Under the pieces are notes generated by a model that saw nothing but the letters and a program-made list of their open reading frames with translations, searched no databases and was not told where the DNA came from. Of a stretch of 64,000 bases of DNA, positions 35,542 to 46,507 are shown piece by piece; within the stretch, counting starts at the first letter, position 1; every line of letters begins with the position of its first letter. The translations under genes were made by a program, and so were the position numbers. The stretch spans positions 37,720 to 101,719 of the forward strand of contig CASDOQ010000053.1 of NCBI GenBank assembly GCA_949282345.1, in the 5' to 3' direction. The DNA is from an uncultured bacterium (GTDB lineage Bacteria > Bacillota > Clostridia > Oscillospirales > CAG-272).

Positions 35542-36984
35542 TTGGACAAGTACAAAAATCCGAAAACCGCTCTTGTGTTGCCGACGGCGGAGGACCTGAA
35601 GGCTTCGCTCTCCGGCACGGGTCTTTCGGAGGCCAGAAATAATCTCTGTGCGCTCTTTGACAAAGACACTTTCATAGAGATCGGTGCTTTCACAAAGAGA
35701 AAATTCTGCGAGTACGCAGACGTGGAACATGGCGAGGAATTTGAGGGGGTTCTCTGCGGCTACGGAGCCGTGGACGGCCGTCTCGTTTACGCTTTTGCTC
35801 AGGACGGAGCCCGCATGAAAGGCGCTATGGACGAAAACCATGCGAAGAAGATCTGCGCGCTCTATGATATGGCTTTGAAAAACGGCGCACCCGTCATAGG
35901 TCTGTTTGACTGCGCCGGAGCAGACATTTTTGAAGGAGCGGCCGCGCTGGCGGCTTACAGCCGGATCATGAAGGCGGTCTCCGCCGCTTCCGGCACCGTT
36001 CCGCAGATCGCCGTCATCACCGGCAACTGCACCGGGGCGATGGCCTCGATCGCCGCAATGTTTGACTTCACCGTCAAGGCGAGGAACGCCAACCTGTACG
36101 TGAACGCGCCCGAGTTTGCCGGCAACCGTGACTCGCAGGCACCCATCACCGCCTACGCGGCCGAAGACCGTCAGACGGCTATCGTGTACACGCGCAACCT
36201 CCTTTCTTATCTGCCCGACTGTGCCGGCGAAGGCGTACATATGGAAGGAACGGCAGATAACCTGAATCGGATGCTCGGAAACCGGGATTTTGCCGGGGAC
36301 GTCAACGCGGCGATTTCCGCCGTGGCAGATAACGGCATCTTTCTTGAAGTCTCGCATGAATACGCTCCCGTGCTGACGACCGCTTTTGCCACCGTCGGCG
36401 GGGTGAAATCCGGTTTCCTTGGAACCTCCTACGCGATCGGAGAAGGCAGACTGACGGCCGATGCCGCCCGCAAGGCCGCGCGCTTCGTTGAATTCTGCGA
36501 CGCCTTCTCGATCCCGCTCGTGACGTTGGTTGACTCGATGGGTCTTGCCGTCTGCGACGAATCCGAAAACGCCCCCTTCTCCGCCGACCTTGCCCGTCTG
36601 GCGATGGCTTATGCAAAGTCCGTCAATCCGAAGGTGACCGTCGTTCTCGGTCATGCTATCGGTGCCGCTTTCTCGCTTCTCGGATCCAAAGCGCTCGGCG
36701 CGGATATCGCGTATGCGCTCGATGAAAGTGAGATCGGCGCCCTCTCTACGGAGGTGTCGGTTGCTTTTGCCTGGAACAATCTGATCACGCCCGATAAATC
36801 CCGTGAAGATCTCATGAACGAATGGCGCGCCTCTCTCGCCTCCCCGGTCGCCGCGGCTTCCCTCGGCGAGATCGACGACATCGTAAGCGTCAACGAACTG
36901 CGTGCACGGATCTGCTCTGCCCTGCAGATGCTGGCGGTAAAGAGTTCGGTCCGTAACCGCCTCCACAACGTCAGTCCCCTGTAA
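35542..36984 (+). CDS. Carboxyltransferase, 12S/PccB/MmdA-type (acyl-CoA carboxylase beta family), divergent
   Basis: Family blocks present: GRLVYAFAQD, VPQIAVITGNCTG, RFVEFCDAFSIPLVTLVD and PKVTVVLGHAIG. The remembered catalytic blocks are altered. The start is uncertain (TTG 35542 has no SD). Confidence 0.75.
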   Translation: MDKYKNPKTALVLPTAEDLKASLSGTGLSEARNNLCALFDKDTFIEIGAFTKRKFCEYADVEHGEEFEGVLCGYGAVDGRLVYAFAQDGARMKGAMDENHAKKICALYDMALKNGAPVIGLFDCAGADIFEGAAALAAYSRIMKAVSAASGTVPQIAVITGNCTGAMASIAAMFDFTVKARNANLYVNAPEFAGNRDSQAPITAYAAEDRQTAIVYTRNLLSYLPDCAGEGVHMEGTADNLNRMLGNRDFAGDVNAAISAVADNGIFLEVSHEYAPVLTTAFATVGGVKSGFLGTSYAIGEGRLTADAARKAARFVEFCDAFSIPLVTLVDSMGLAVCDESENAPFSADLARLAMAYAKSVNPKVTVVLGHAIGAAFSLLGSKALGADIAYALDESEIGALSTEVSVAFAWNNLITPDKSREDLMNEWRASLASPVAAASLGEIDDIVSVNELRARICSALQMLAVKSSVRNRLHNVSPL

Positions 36985-36996
36985 GGAGGTGCGACC

Positions 36997-37341
36997 TTGA
37001 AACTTCCCGTTTTTCTTCTCCTGGAGATCGCGAAAGACCAGCGGGATCTCCCTTTCGTAGATGCGGTCCTTTACGGAGCCCAGATGCTTCTCATCGGGAT
37101 GCTGATCGTTTTCGCCGTTCTTTCCCTGCTCTGGCTCCTGTTGGAACTGCTCGGCTTTGTCATGCGCTCCGCCAAAACGAAGCCCGCCGTCGCACCTGCC
37201 CCGGCACCGGTTTTTGTCCCGCAAGCCCCTGCAAAGACGACCGATGACAGCGAGCTTATTGCCGTGCTGAGCGCCGCGATTGCCGCCTCGGAGTCCGCCC
37301 CTGCCACCCGCTTCCGCGTGGTGTCCTTCAAAAGAAAATAA
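36997..37341 (+). CDS. OadG/MmdD-like small membrane subunit of Na+-translocating decarboxylase
   Basis: TTG start behind AGGAGG. One TM helix (LLIGMLIVFAVLSLLWLLLELLGF), an Ala/Pro linker and a C-terminal DDSELIAVLSAAIAA block typical of this subunit. Confidence 0.65.
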   Translation: MKLPVFLLLEIAKDQRDLPFVDAVLYGAQMLLIGMLIVFAVLSLLWLLLELLGFVMRSAKTKPAVAPAPAPVFVPQAPAKTTDDSELIAVLSAAIAASESAPATRFRVVSFKRK

Positions 37342-37376
37342 AGTTGCCGCACACGCGGAGAAATGGAGAATTTAAA

Positions 37377-37766
37377 ATGAAAAAATATAATATCACTGTT
37401 AACGGTACTACTTACGAAGTCCTGGTTGAAGAAGCCGATGCCACCGGCGTTGTCGCTCCCGTAGCCCCTGTTGCTCCCGTAGCCGCACCGGCTCCCGCCG
37501 CCGCGCCCGCTCCGGCCGCTCCGAAGGCCGCCCCTGCTGCCGCGCCCGCTGGCTCTACTTCGGTGACTTCCCCGATGCCCGGCACGATTCTTGACATCAA
37601 GGTCGCCGTCGGTGCCACCGTTAAGAAGGGCGAAACGCTGTGCGTGCTCGAAGCCATGAAGATGGAAAACGACATTCCCGCTCCCTGTGACGGCAAGGTT
37701 GCCGCTGTCAATACTTCCAAGGGTTCTTCTGTTGCCGCCGGTGATATCCTCTTCTCCTTGAGCTGA
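37377..37766 (+). CDS. Biotin carboxyl carrier protein (biotinyl domain with Ala/Pro linker)
   Basis: MKKYNITVNGTTYEV..., a (VAP)n/AAPA linker and the EAMKMEN biotinylation motif. Start at ATG 37377 behind GGAGA. Confidence 0.85.
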   Translation: MKKYNITVNGTTYEVLVEEADATGVVAPVAPVAPVAAPAPAAAPAPAAPKAAPAAAPAGSTSVTSPMPGTILDIKVAVGATVKKGETLCVLEAMKMENDIPAPCDGKVAAVNTSKGSSVAAGDILFSLS

Positions 37767-37783
37767 CAGGGAGGGAACCCGGT

Positions 37784-39028
<1,245 letters not shown>

Positions 39029-39056
39029 TTATCGCTATTAAGAAAGGGAAAATACG

Positions 39057-40451
39057 ATGTCCAAAGTTCTGATTACCGAAACCGTCCTCCGCGACGCTCA
39101 CCAATCGCTTGCCGCCACCCGGATGACGACCGAACAGATGCTTCCCATCCTGGAAGCCATGGATCAGGTCGGATATTATTCGCTCGAAGCATGGGGCGGC
39201 GCAACCTTTGACTCCTGCCTCCGCTACCTGAATGAAGATCCGTGGGAACGCCTCCGCGCCATCCGGAGCCGTGTGAAAAACACCAAGCTCCAGATGCTCT
39301 TCCGCGGACAGAATATCCTCGGCTACCGTCACTATTCCGATGACGTAGTAGAATATTTCGTACAGAAATCGATCGCCAACGGGATCGACATCATCCGTAT
39401 CTTTGACGCGCTGAACGACCCCCGCAACCTTGAAACGGCCATCAAGGCAACCGTCAAGGAAGGCGGCCATGTACAGGCGGCCATCAGTTACACCACCAGC
39501 CCCGTTCACAACAACGAGTTTTTTGCCAACTATGCAAAACAACTTGAGAAAATGGGCGCAAATTCGATCTGCATCAAAGATATGGCAGGCCTTCTCAAGC
39601 CCTACGATGCCTTCCAGCTCGTCAAAGCGATCAAGTCGCGCGTCAAATTGCCGATCCAGCTCCACACGCACTACACGACCGGCCTTGCTTCCATGACGAT
39701 CCTGAAAGCCGTCGAAGCCGGCGTAGACGTGATCGACACGGCCATTTCTCCACTCGCCATGGGGACCTCTCAGATGCCTACCGAGTCGATCGTTGCAACG
39801 CTTGCCGGAACGCCCTACGACACCGGCCTTGACCTTGAAAAACTCAATACGGTATCCAAATATTTTGCCGATATCCGCGCGGAGTATCTTTCGAGCGGTC
39901 TTATCGACCCCAAAGTGCTGAAAGTCGACGTCAACGCCCTGCGCTATCAGGTCCCGGGCGGAATGCTTTCCAACCTCGTATCGCAGCTGAAAGCCGCCGG
40001 AAAACTGGATAAACTCGACGAAGTGCTTGCCGAGGTTCCGCGCGTCCGTGAAGATGCCGGATTCCCGCCGCTCGTTACGCCTACCTCCCAGATCGTCGGA
40101 ACCCAGGCCGTTATGAACGTGATTTCCGGGAGCCGCTATGCCAGCACCACCAAAGAGTTCCGCGGGCTGGTGCGCGGGGAATACGGAAAGACCCCGGCTC
40201 CTATCGATCCTTCCTTCCGAAAAAAGATCATCGGCGACCTGGCCCCGATTGACCACCGTCCCGCCGATGACCTGAAGCCCGAGATCGAATCGCTCCACGA
40301 GCGCGTGATGCCCTACGAAGAGCAGGAGGAGGACCTCCTCTCGCTGGCGCTCTTTGAAAATGTTGCCATCAAGTTCTTTGAATGGCGCAAGATGCAGCGT
40401 CACAAAATCGACCCGAACAGCGATGCGCAGAACGGAGTCCATTCCGTCTGA
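39057..40451 (+). CDS. 5S-type carboxyltransferase (oxaloacetate decarboxylase alpha / pyruvate carboxylase subunit B-like), no biotin domain
   Basis: Contains LRDAHQSL, FRGQNILGY, CIKDMAGLLKP and QLHTHYTTG, all canonical. 464 aa. Ends without a biotinyl domain. Confidence 0.9.
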   Translation: MSKVLITETVLRDAHQSLAATRMTTEQMLPILEAMDQVGYYSLEAWGGATFDSCLRYLNEDPWERLRAIRSRVKNTKLQMLFRGQNILGYRHYSDDVVEYFVQKSIANGIDIIRIFDALNDPRNLETAIKATVKEGGHVQAAISYTTSPVHNNEFFANYAKQLEKMGANSICIKDMAGLLKPYDAFQLVKAIKSRVKLPIQLHTHYTTGLASMTILKAVEAGVDVIDTAISPLAMGTSQMPTESIVATLAGTPYDTGLDLEKLNTVSKYFADIRAEYLSSGLIDPKVLKVDVNALRYQVPGGMLSNLVSQLKAAGKLDKLDEVLAEVPRVREDAGFPPLVTPTSQIVGTQAVMNVISGSRYASTTKEFRGLVRGEYGKTPAPIDPSFRKKIIGDLAPIDHRPADDLKPEIESLHERVMPYEEQEEDLLSLALFENVAIKFFEWRKMQRHKIDPNSDAQNGVHSV

Positions 40452-40484
40452 TCTCTCTGACCGATTCAAAAATCAGATCCTGCG

Positions 40485-40520
40485 GAAAGCGGCCGACCGG
40501 CCGCTTTCTTTTTCTTTTCC
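40485..40520 (+). terminator. Rho-independent terminator of decarboxylase operon
   Basis: GAAAGCGGCC-GACC-GGCCGCTTTC (10-bp stem) followed by TTTTTCTTTT. Confidence 0.75.
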
Positions 40521-40570
40521 CGCAACCGAAATGCCAGGAACTGTTTTAAAAATCCTTTTCATCACCTGTA

Positions 40571-40603
40571 CAAAACAAAAACAAAGGACGGTGGAAACCG
40601 TCC
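40571..40603 (-). terminator. Rho-independent terminator of ftsH
   Basis: The minus strand reads GGACGGT-TTCC-ACCGTCC followed by TTTGTTTTTGTTTTG. Confidence 0.65.
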
Positions 40604-40652
40604 CTTGCCTTGTACAAATCTAAAATTCAGAAGTTTGGGTGCGCATGCGGAA

Positions 40653-42710
40653 TCAGCCGATATCGCCGCCTCCATTATCGTCGGAGCGATCGTCACGCCC
40701 CACGACCGGGAACTGGCGTTCAAATTCTTCACGGGCACGGCGTTCTTCCTCCTGACGACGCTGTTCTTCCTCTTCCCGTGCGCGGGCATCCTCTTCATCG
40801 CTCTTCTTTTTCTTTTCGATTGCGATGGCCGCAATATCCTCAAAGGTGATCCCGTCCTGTTGCATGGCCGCCAGGAACTGGTCGCCGTCCATTGTCTCAT
40901 ACTTCAAGAGATATTCGGCGATCAAAGTCAGCTTATCCATATGCTGGGACAAGATCTCGCGGCAGGCATCATAGGCTTTATCGATGATAGCGCGGATCTC
41001 GTCGTCGATCTCCGCCGCAGTCTTTTCGGAATAATTCTTTCCGGAAGAGAAATCGCGGCCGAGGAAGACTTCATCGTCAGAGTGCTCCGAACCGTAGAGA
41101 ACCGTGCCGAGTTTTTCGCTCATACCGTAGCGTGTTACCATGTTCCGAGCAACGGCAGTGGCCTTCTGAATATCATTGGAGGCGCCGGTGGAAACGTCGT
41201 CCATCACCAGTTCTTCCGCCGCGCGACCGCCGAGAGAAACGATGATATCGTCAGTCATCTGGCCGCGGGAAGCGGTCATGCGATCTTTCTCAGGCACGCG
41301 CAACGTGACGCCGCCCGCCATGCCCGAGGGAATGATCGTAATGTGCTTGACAGGATCCGAATGCTTACAGTAATACGCTGCGACCGCGTGCCCCGCCTCA
41401 TGATACGCGCAGAGTTTGTTATCGTACTCCGTGCGCACTTTGGCGCTCTTTTTCGGTCCGAGGATCACCTTCATATAGGCATCCTGCACGTCTTCGTTCC
41501 GGATCAGCGAACGCCCCTTCCGCGCGGCGAGCAGGGCCGCTTCGTTAAGAAGATTAGCAAGATCCGCGCCGGTGAACCCAACGGTCGTCTGCGCAATCCG
41601 GGAAAAGTCCACGTTGCTTTCAAAGGGCTTTCCGCGTGCATGAACGTGCAGGATCGCTTCTCTTCCCTTGATATCGGGATAGTTTACGGTGATCTGTCTG
41701 TCAAAACGACCGGGACGCAAAAGAGCAGGGTCAAGAATGTCGGGACGGTTGGTAGCGGCGATGACGATGATCCCCTCATGCTTATCAAAGCCGTCCATCT
41801 CGACCAGGAGCTGGTTCAGGGTCTGTTCGCGCTCATCATGTCCACCGCCGAGACCGGCGCCGCGATGGCGTCCCACCGCATCGATCTCATCAATAAAGAC
41901 AATGCTTGCTGGGCTCTTACGCGCCGTGTCGAACAGATCGCGCACGCGGGAAGCACCGACACCGACGTACATTTCTACAAAATCGGAACCCGAGATTGAA
42001 TAAAACGGAACGCCGGCCTCCCCTGCCACCGCCTTGGCCAGCAGAGTCTTGCCGGTTCCGGGAGGGCCGACAAGCAGCACCCCGTGGGGGATCCGTGCGC
42101 CGAGCCGGGTATAGCGGCCGGGGTCACGCAAAAACTCCACCACTTCCTGTAATTCGGCCTTTTCTTCATCGGCTCCCGCCACATCGGAAAACTTGACGGG
42201 ATTTTTCTGTGCGCCGCCCACTTTGGCGTGTGCCCGCGCGAAGGAACTCATTTTCCCGCCGCGACCGCTCGTCTGATTCACCATATAGATGAAAAAGCCG
42301 CCGACGAGAACCATAAGAATGATATACGGCAGATATTCAAGGATCCACGGGCGATCTACCGGCTGTTCGAAATCGCATGCCGAGATGTCAAGATTCTGGA
42401 GAGGTTTTTTACTCACCCCGTCCGGCAATGGGATTCCTTCCACTGCGTATTTTTCCACGCGCTCCAGCTGCATCTGGTAAGCAAATCGGTATACGTATTT
42501 TTTGGGAGTTTCGTCTGCCGTAATCACGGTGATATAACCGTCCGTGTCAATCGAAAAGCTCTTTACGTTGTCCGCCTCAAAGAGTGCGATAAGCTGTCCG
42601 TAAGTGAACGTCTCCTTTTCCGTGACCATGTCCGAAATAATGACCGCTCCGAAAATGAAAACGGCAACCATCAGAAGGAGGAGGACAACGTGCTTCATGT
42701 TTGCTTTCAT
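40653..42710 (-). CDS. ftsH: ATP-dependent zinc metalloprotease FtsH
   Basis: Two N-terminal TM helices, Walker [16 protein letters not shown], the SRH block ([19 protein letters not shown]) and HEAGH. Charged E/R-rich C-terminal tail. Confidence 0.95.
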   Translation of the reverse strand: MKANMKHVVLLLLMVAVFIFGAVIISDMVTEKETFTYGQLIALFEADNVKSFSIDTDGYITVITADETPKKYVYRFAYQMQLERVEKYAVEGIPLPDGVSKKPLQNLDISACDFEQPVDRPWILEYLPYIILMVLVGGFFIYMVNQTSGRGGKMSSFARAHAKVGGAQKNPVKFSDVAGADEEKAELQEVVEFLRDPGRYTRLGARIPHGVLLVGPPGTGKTLLAKAVAGEAGVPFYSISGSDFVEMYVGVGASRVRDLFDTARKSPASIVFIDEIDAVGRHRGAGLGGGHDEREQTLNQLLVEMDGFDKHEGIIVIAATNRPDILDPALLRPGRFDRQITVNYPDIKGREAILHVHARGKPFESNVDFSRIAQTTVGFTGADLANLLNEAALLAARKGRSLIRNEDVQDAYMKVILGPKKSAKVRTEYDNKLCAYHEAGHAVAAYYCKHSDPVKHITIIPSGMAGGVTLRVPEKDRMTASRGQMTDDIIVSLGGRAAEELVMDDVSTGASNDIQKATAVARNMVTRYGMSEKLGTVLYGSEHSDDEVFLGRDFSSGKNYSEKTAAEIDDEIRAIIDKAYDACREILSQHMDKLTLIAEYLLKYETMDGDQFLAAMQQDGITFEDIAAIAIEKKKKSDEEDARAREEEEQRRQEEERRAREEFERQFPVVGRDDRSDDNGGGDIG

Positions 42711-42739
42711 GCAGAGTATCCGTGCCTTTCTTTACTTGC

Positions 42740-43297
42740 TTAATTACCGGTAGAACCGTACACCTCGGGGCTCAGCACCCCGATATACGGAAGCGTCCGG
42801 TATTTTTCATCATAGTCAAGCCCATACCCGACCACAAATTCATCTTCAATGACTTTTCCGACGTAATCCGGCTGGAAGTCGACCTCCCGACGGGAAACCT
42901 TGTCAAGAAGGGTGCAGGTGCGGACGCTGTTCGCCCCTTTGTGGAGCAGATATTCCACGAGGTACATCAGCGTGCGGCCGCTGTCAATGATATCTTCCAC
43001 AATGATGATATCACATTCGTCTATATCCTTGCGCACAAGGTCAAGCAGAATATTGATATTCCCGGAGGACTTGGTGGAGGAGCCGTACGAGGACACCTTC
43101 ATAAAATCGATCTCTACGGGAATGGTAATCTTCTTCATGAGTTCTCCCATGAAGACCACCGAGCCCTTCAGAATTCCGAGAAGCAAAACGCGCCGGCCGG
43201 AGTCGGCATAGTCTCTGTCTATTTCCTTTGCCAGCCGGGAGATCAGCGTTTCCAGTTCTTCCTCAGTTATCATAACTCTTGCAATGTCTTTATTCAT
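42740..43297 (-). CDS. hpt: Hypoxanthine phosphoribosyltransferase
   Basis: PRPP-binding motif IIVEDIIDSGRT. Start at ATG 43297 (MNKDIARV). The ORF-track TTG extension actually encodes the GGAGGAAAAG RBS. Confidence 0.9.
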   Translation of the reverse strand: MNKDIARVMITEEELETLISRLAKEIDRDYADSGRRVLLLGILKGSVVFMGELMKKITIPVEIDFMKVSSYGSSTKSSGNINILLDLVRKDIDECDIIIVEDIIDSGRTLMYLVEYLLHKGANSVRTCTLLDKVSRREVDFQPDYVGKVIEDEFVVGYGLDYDEKYRTLPYIGVLSPEVYGSTGN

Positions 43298-43333
43298 CTT
43301 TTCCTCCAAAGAATCCCTTTATTCATATTCAGT

Positions 43334-44695
43334 TCAGTTTTCACGCACAGGCCCCCCGGGAACCCAAAGCACCCCTGCGTCATCCGTCATAACGGGATAC
43401 CCTGCACGAATCTCTGCGGGGATCCCGGCTTCGTTCATAATGTTTTTTACCGTGTGCGTATGTCCGCGGTAACGGTATGCATCTCCGCCCCGGCGCACCC
43501 GTGCATATAAATTCCCTCTTATTGTAGCAGAAGAAATTGCCGTCTTGATGTCAATTTTGTGAAGATTTGAAAAACAAGCGAGAAAAGTAGTATCACGCTC
43601 CCGGCCAACGGTCAGCGTATAGCCGCCGGGAAAGCGATTTTCTCCTTCCGATAACCGAATCGTTTTCCCCTCGGATGCTGAAGAAGAACCCGGGAGAAAG
43701 CGAAAAGCGCAGTTTTCCGATACCGCCGTCAACCCCGCCGGAACCGAAAGTGTGAAAGGGTGTCCCCCCTCCAGCTTTTTTTCGATTTCAAGAATATGCG
43801 TATGACCGAGAGAAAGAGAAAATGCGTGCGCATCCCGCGCCTCTTCGTAAAGACGTATAATAACGCGCCGCCGGATGGGAGAAGGCAATTCCGCAAGCAA
43901 TGCAGAGGAAAATCCCTCTTCGGTCCTGCCCCGTCGCAAAGCCTCATCGGAAAGCGAATCGAGATACGCGGTATCGGCGGACAGGATCTCGGCGGTCCGC
44001 CCGAACATCCTGTCCGGCTCTGGGGTCAGGACCGCAAGCCTCGGGAGGATTTCATGCCGCAGATAATTGCGCGCGTAAGCGGTGTCACCGTTGGTGCTGT
44101 CCTCTACGAAACCGATCTTCGCCTCGCGCAATGCCGAACGAATCTCCTCGCCTGTCAGTTGAAGGAGCGGGCGCATAAGATCGTCGGTCAGAGACGCGAT
44201 TCCGCGCAACGCGCGTGTCCCTCCGCCGCGCAGAAGATGCAAGAGCATCGTTTCGGTCCGATCGGTTGCGTTGTGGGCAGTCGCAATAAGGGAAAGTTCA
44301 GGATGAGCGGCAAGTTCTTTGCGCAGAGCCTCATACCGCAAGATCCTCGCGGTTTCCTCGATGCCGCGGCCGCGCCGTGTGGCCTCTGCGGGTACATCCG
44401 CATGGGAAAGAGAAAATTGTACCGAAAGATCGCGGCAGAGAGCTTCGCAAAAAGCGGCATCCCGGTCGGCCTCTGCTCCCCGCAGATGATGATGCACGTG
44501 CATGGCCGCCAACGGGAAGGATCTTTCGAGGCTCAACTGCCGGAGAAAGTAAAGCAAAAAAACCGAATCCGCCCCGCCGGAAAGAGCGACCAATACCCCT
44601 TCGGGGAGCCGCTCCGCCATGCCCGTCTTCTCCATGAATCTGCTCACCCGCTCGCAGGCAGAGCGAAAAAGCTGACTGTCCGGATAAGCGTTCAT
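43334..44695 (-). CDS. tilS: tRNA(Ile)-lysidine synthetase
   Basis: PP-loop VALSGGADSVFL. 453 aa. Sits upstream of hpt-ftsH as in Bacillus. ATGA overlap with the dnaB stop. Confidence 0.85.
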   Translation of the reverse strand: MNAYPDSQLFRSACERVSRFMEKTGMAERLPEGVLVALSGGADSVFLLYFLRQLSLERSFPLAAMHVHHHLRGAEADRDAAFCEALCRDLSVQFSLSHADVPAEATRRGRGIEETARILRYEALRKELAAHPELSLIATAHNATDRTETMLLHLLRGGGTRALRGIASLTDDLMRPLLQLTGEEIRSALREAKIGFVEDSTNGDTAYARNYLRHEILPRLAVLTPEPDRMFGRTAEILSADTAYLDSLSDEALRRGRTEEGFSSALLAELPSPIRRRVIIRLYEEARDAHAFSLSLGHTHILEIEKKLEGGHPFTLSVPAGLTAVSENCAFRFLPGSSSASEGKTIRLSEGENRFPGGYTLTVGRERDTTFLACFSNLHKIDIKTAISSATIRGNLYARVRRGGDAYRYRGHTHTVKNIMNEAGIPAEIRAGYPVMTDDAGVLWVPGGPVREN

Positions 44696-46065
44696 GCGGG
44701 TGGAGGCGCCCCCTGCGCGGTATCGATCGTATAAAACCGTGTATAGGCTTTATCAAAGTTCATCCTGACCGTTCCGGTAGAGCCGTGGCGGTTTTTGGCG
44801 ATGATAACTTCTATCGCGCTGGTATCTGTCTCGGAAATCGGGCCTTCCTTTTCATCGCTGTAATAGTCGTCGCGGTATAAGAACATGATGACGTCGGCGT
44901 CCTGCTCGATAGAGCCGGAATCACGCAGGTCGCTCATCATCGGCTTTTTGCTGGAACGCCCTTTTTCGGGACTACGGGAAAGCTGAGCGCAACAAAGGAT
45001 CGGCACGCCGAGTTCTTTGGCCATCAGTTTCAGGTTTCTCGAAATGTCCGAGACCTCCTGCACGCGGTTATCGATATTCCGGCCGCTTTGCATGAGCTGG
45101 AGATAGTCGATGACCACGAGACCGAGATTCTTGACCCGACGGAGTTTCCCCTTCATGTCCGTGACCGAGATATTCGTCGTATCGTCCAGATAGATCTCAC
45201 AGGCGGAAAGTTCCGCCGCCGCGCATGCCAGGCGCTCCCAGTCGTCCGGGGTGAGACTGCCCCGGCGCATCGCGCTGCTGTCCACCCGCGCCTCTGACGA
45301 AAGCATACGGTTCACAAGCTGTTCGGATGACATTTCAAGCGAGAAGATACAAACCGCTTTTTTGGTCGCCTTGGCTACGTTGGAAGCAATATTGACAACA
45401 AAACTTGTCTTACCCATCGCCGGACGCGCGCCGACAATGACAAAATCTCCGTAGCCGAGCTGAACCAGCGTGCTGTCGAGGCCGGAATACCCGGTCGCCA
45501 CGCCGCGCAGTTGCATCGGATTTTCCGAAAGTTGTTGCAGATCCTCGTATACGTTCTGCGCCACGTCCCGGATCAGACGCATTTCCCGGGAACCGCGCTT
45601 TTCCGCGATCTCAAAAATGCGCTGTTCCGCATCGTCGATGATCTGCGCCGCGCTTCCCTGCTCTCCGTATGCGTTATCCGTGATCTCATCGCAGGTGGAG
45701 ATCAGACGGCGGAGCAACGCCTTTTCATGTACGGCACGGGCATATTCCGCAACGTTGGAGGCGTTCGGAACGCTGAGAGAGATCAGACGAATGTAATCGA
45801 TCCCGCCTGACTCGGTATATACCCCGTCCTCCACCAGCTTGTTTACGAGCGTCACCACGTCGATGCTCCGGCTGGCGAGGAACATGGAGCGCATCGTCGA
45901 AAAGATCTTCCGGTGCTCCTCTTGGGCGAAGTCCTCTTCGCTCAGAATCCCGGTAATCTTTTCAAAGTTCCCGGGATTGGCAAGGATGCTCCCGAGGACC
46001 GCCTGCTCCGATTCTATCGATATGGGAAGCCTTCTTCCCAGTTCTTCGTTCATGTCTTTGCTCAA
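44692..46065 (-). CDS. dnaB: Replicative DNA helicase (DnaB family; DnaC in Bacillus nomenclature)
   Basis: Contains SIESEQAVLGSIL (N-domain), Walker A GARPAMGKTSF and the RecA-like C-domain. The start is TTG 46065 or ATG 46053 and is uncertain. Confidence 0.9.
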   Translation of the reverse strand: MSKDMNEELGRRLPISIESEQAVLGSILANPGNFEKITGILSEEDFAQEEHRKIFSTMRSMFLASRSIDVVTLVNKLVEDGVYTESGGIDYIRLISLSVPNASNVAEYARAVHEKALLRRLISTCDEITDNAYGEQGSAAQIIDDAEQRIFEIAEKRGSREMRLIRDVAQNVYEDLQQLSENPMQLRGVATGYSGLDSTLVQLGYGDFVIVGARPAMGKTSFVVNIASNVAKATKKAVCIFSLEMSSEQLVNRMLSSEARVDSSAMRRGSLTPDDWERLACAAAELSACEIYLDDTTNISVTDMKGKLRRVKNLGLVVIDYLQLMQSGRNIDNRVQEVSDISRNLKLMAKELGVPILCCAQLSRSPEKGRSSKKPMMSDLRDSGSIEQDADVIMFLYRDDYYSDEKEGPISETDTSAIEVIIAKNRHGSTGTVRMNFDKAYTRFYTIDTAQGAPPPA

Positions 46066-46505
46066 TCGTGAACGACAACAGTGAACTTGCCGACGATGTC
46101 GGTATAGAGGCGCACTTCCGCAGTGTACATTCCATAGGAACGGATCGGCTCCGAAAGCGTCAGCTTTCTCTTATCCACCGAAATGCCGGTTTCTTTTTCA
46201 AGGGCCTCCGCCACGTCCTTGGCGGTAACGGCGCCGTAGAGCTTTCCGTCCGCGCCGGAAGCACACCGGATCTTCAAAGTGACCGAAGACAGGCGGGCGG
46301 CCGTTTCGCGGGCGGACTTCTGCTCCTCTGCCACACGGTATTGCCGTGCCGCTTCCTTATTGCGGATCTCATTCATGACTTTAGCATCCGCCTCTATAGC
46401 CAGTTTGCGAGGCAACAGGAAGTTGCGCGCGTAGCCTTCGGAAACTTCGATCAGCTGATCGCGCTTTCCCTGGCCTTTCACATCCTGCAACAGTACAACT
46501 TTCAT
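46062..46505 (-). CDS. rplI: 50S ribosomal protein L9
   Basis: MKVVLLQDVKGQGKRDQLIEVSEGYARNFLLPRKLA. 147 aa. AGGAGG RBS. Confidence 0.95.
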   Translation of the reverse strand: MKVVLLQDVKGQGKRDQLIEVSEGYARNFLLPRKLAIEADAKVMNEIRNKEAARQYRVAEEQKSARETAARLSSVTLKIRCASGADGKLYGAVTAKDVAEALEKETGISVDKRKLTLSEPIRSYGMYTAEVRLYTDIVGKFTVVVHD

Positions 46506-46507
46506 TT

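Noticed and set aside
40605-41999. 464-aa plus-strand ORF inside ftsH
   Set aside because: It is antisense to FtsH, which has complete Walker/SRH/HEAGH motifs. The ORF itself has no recognisable domain.
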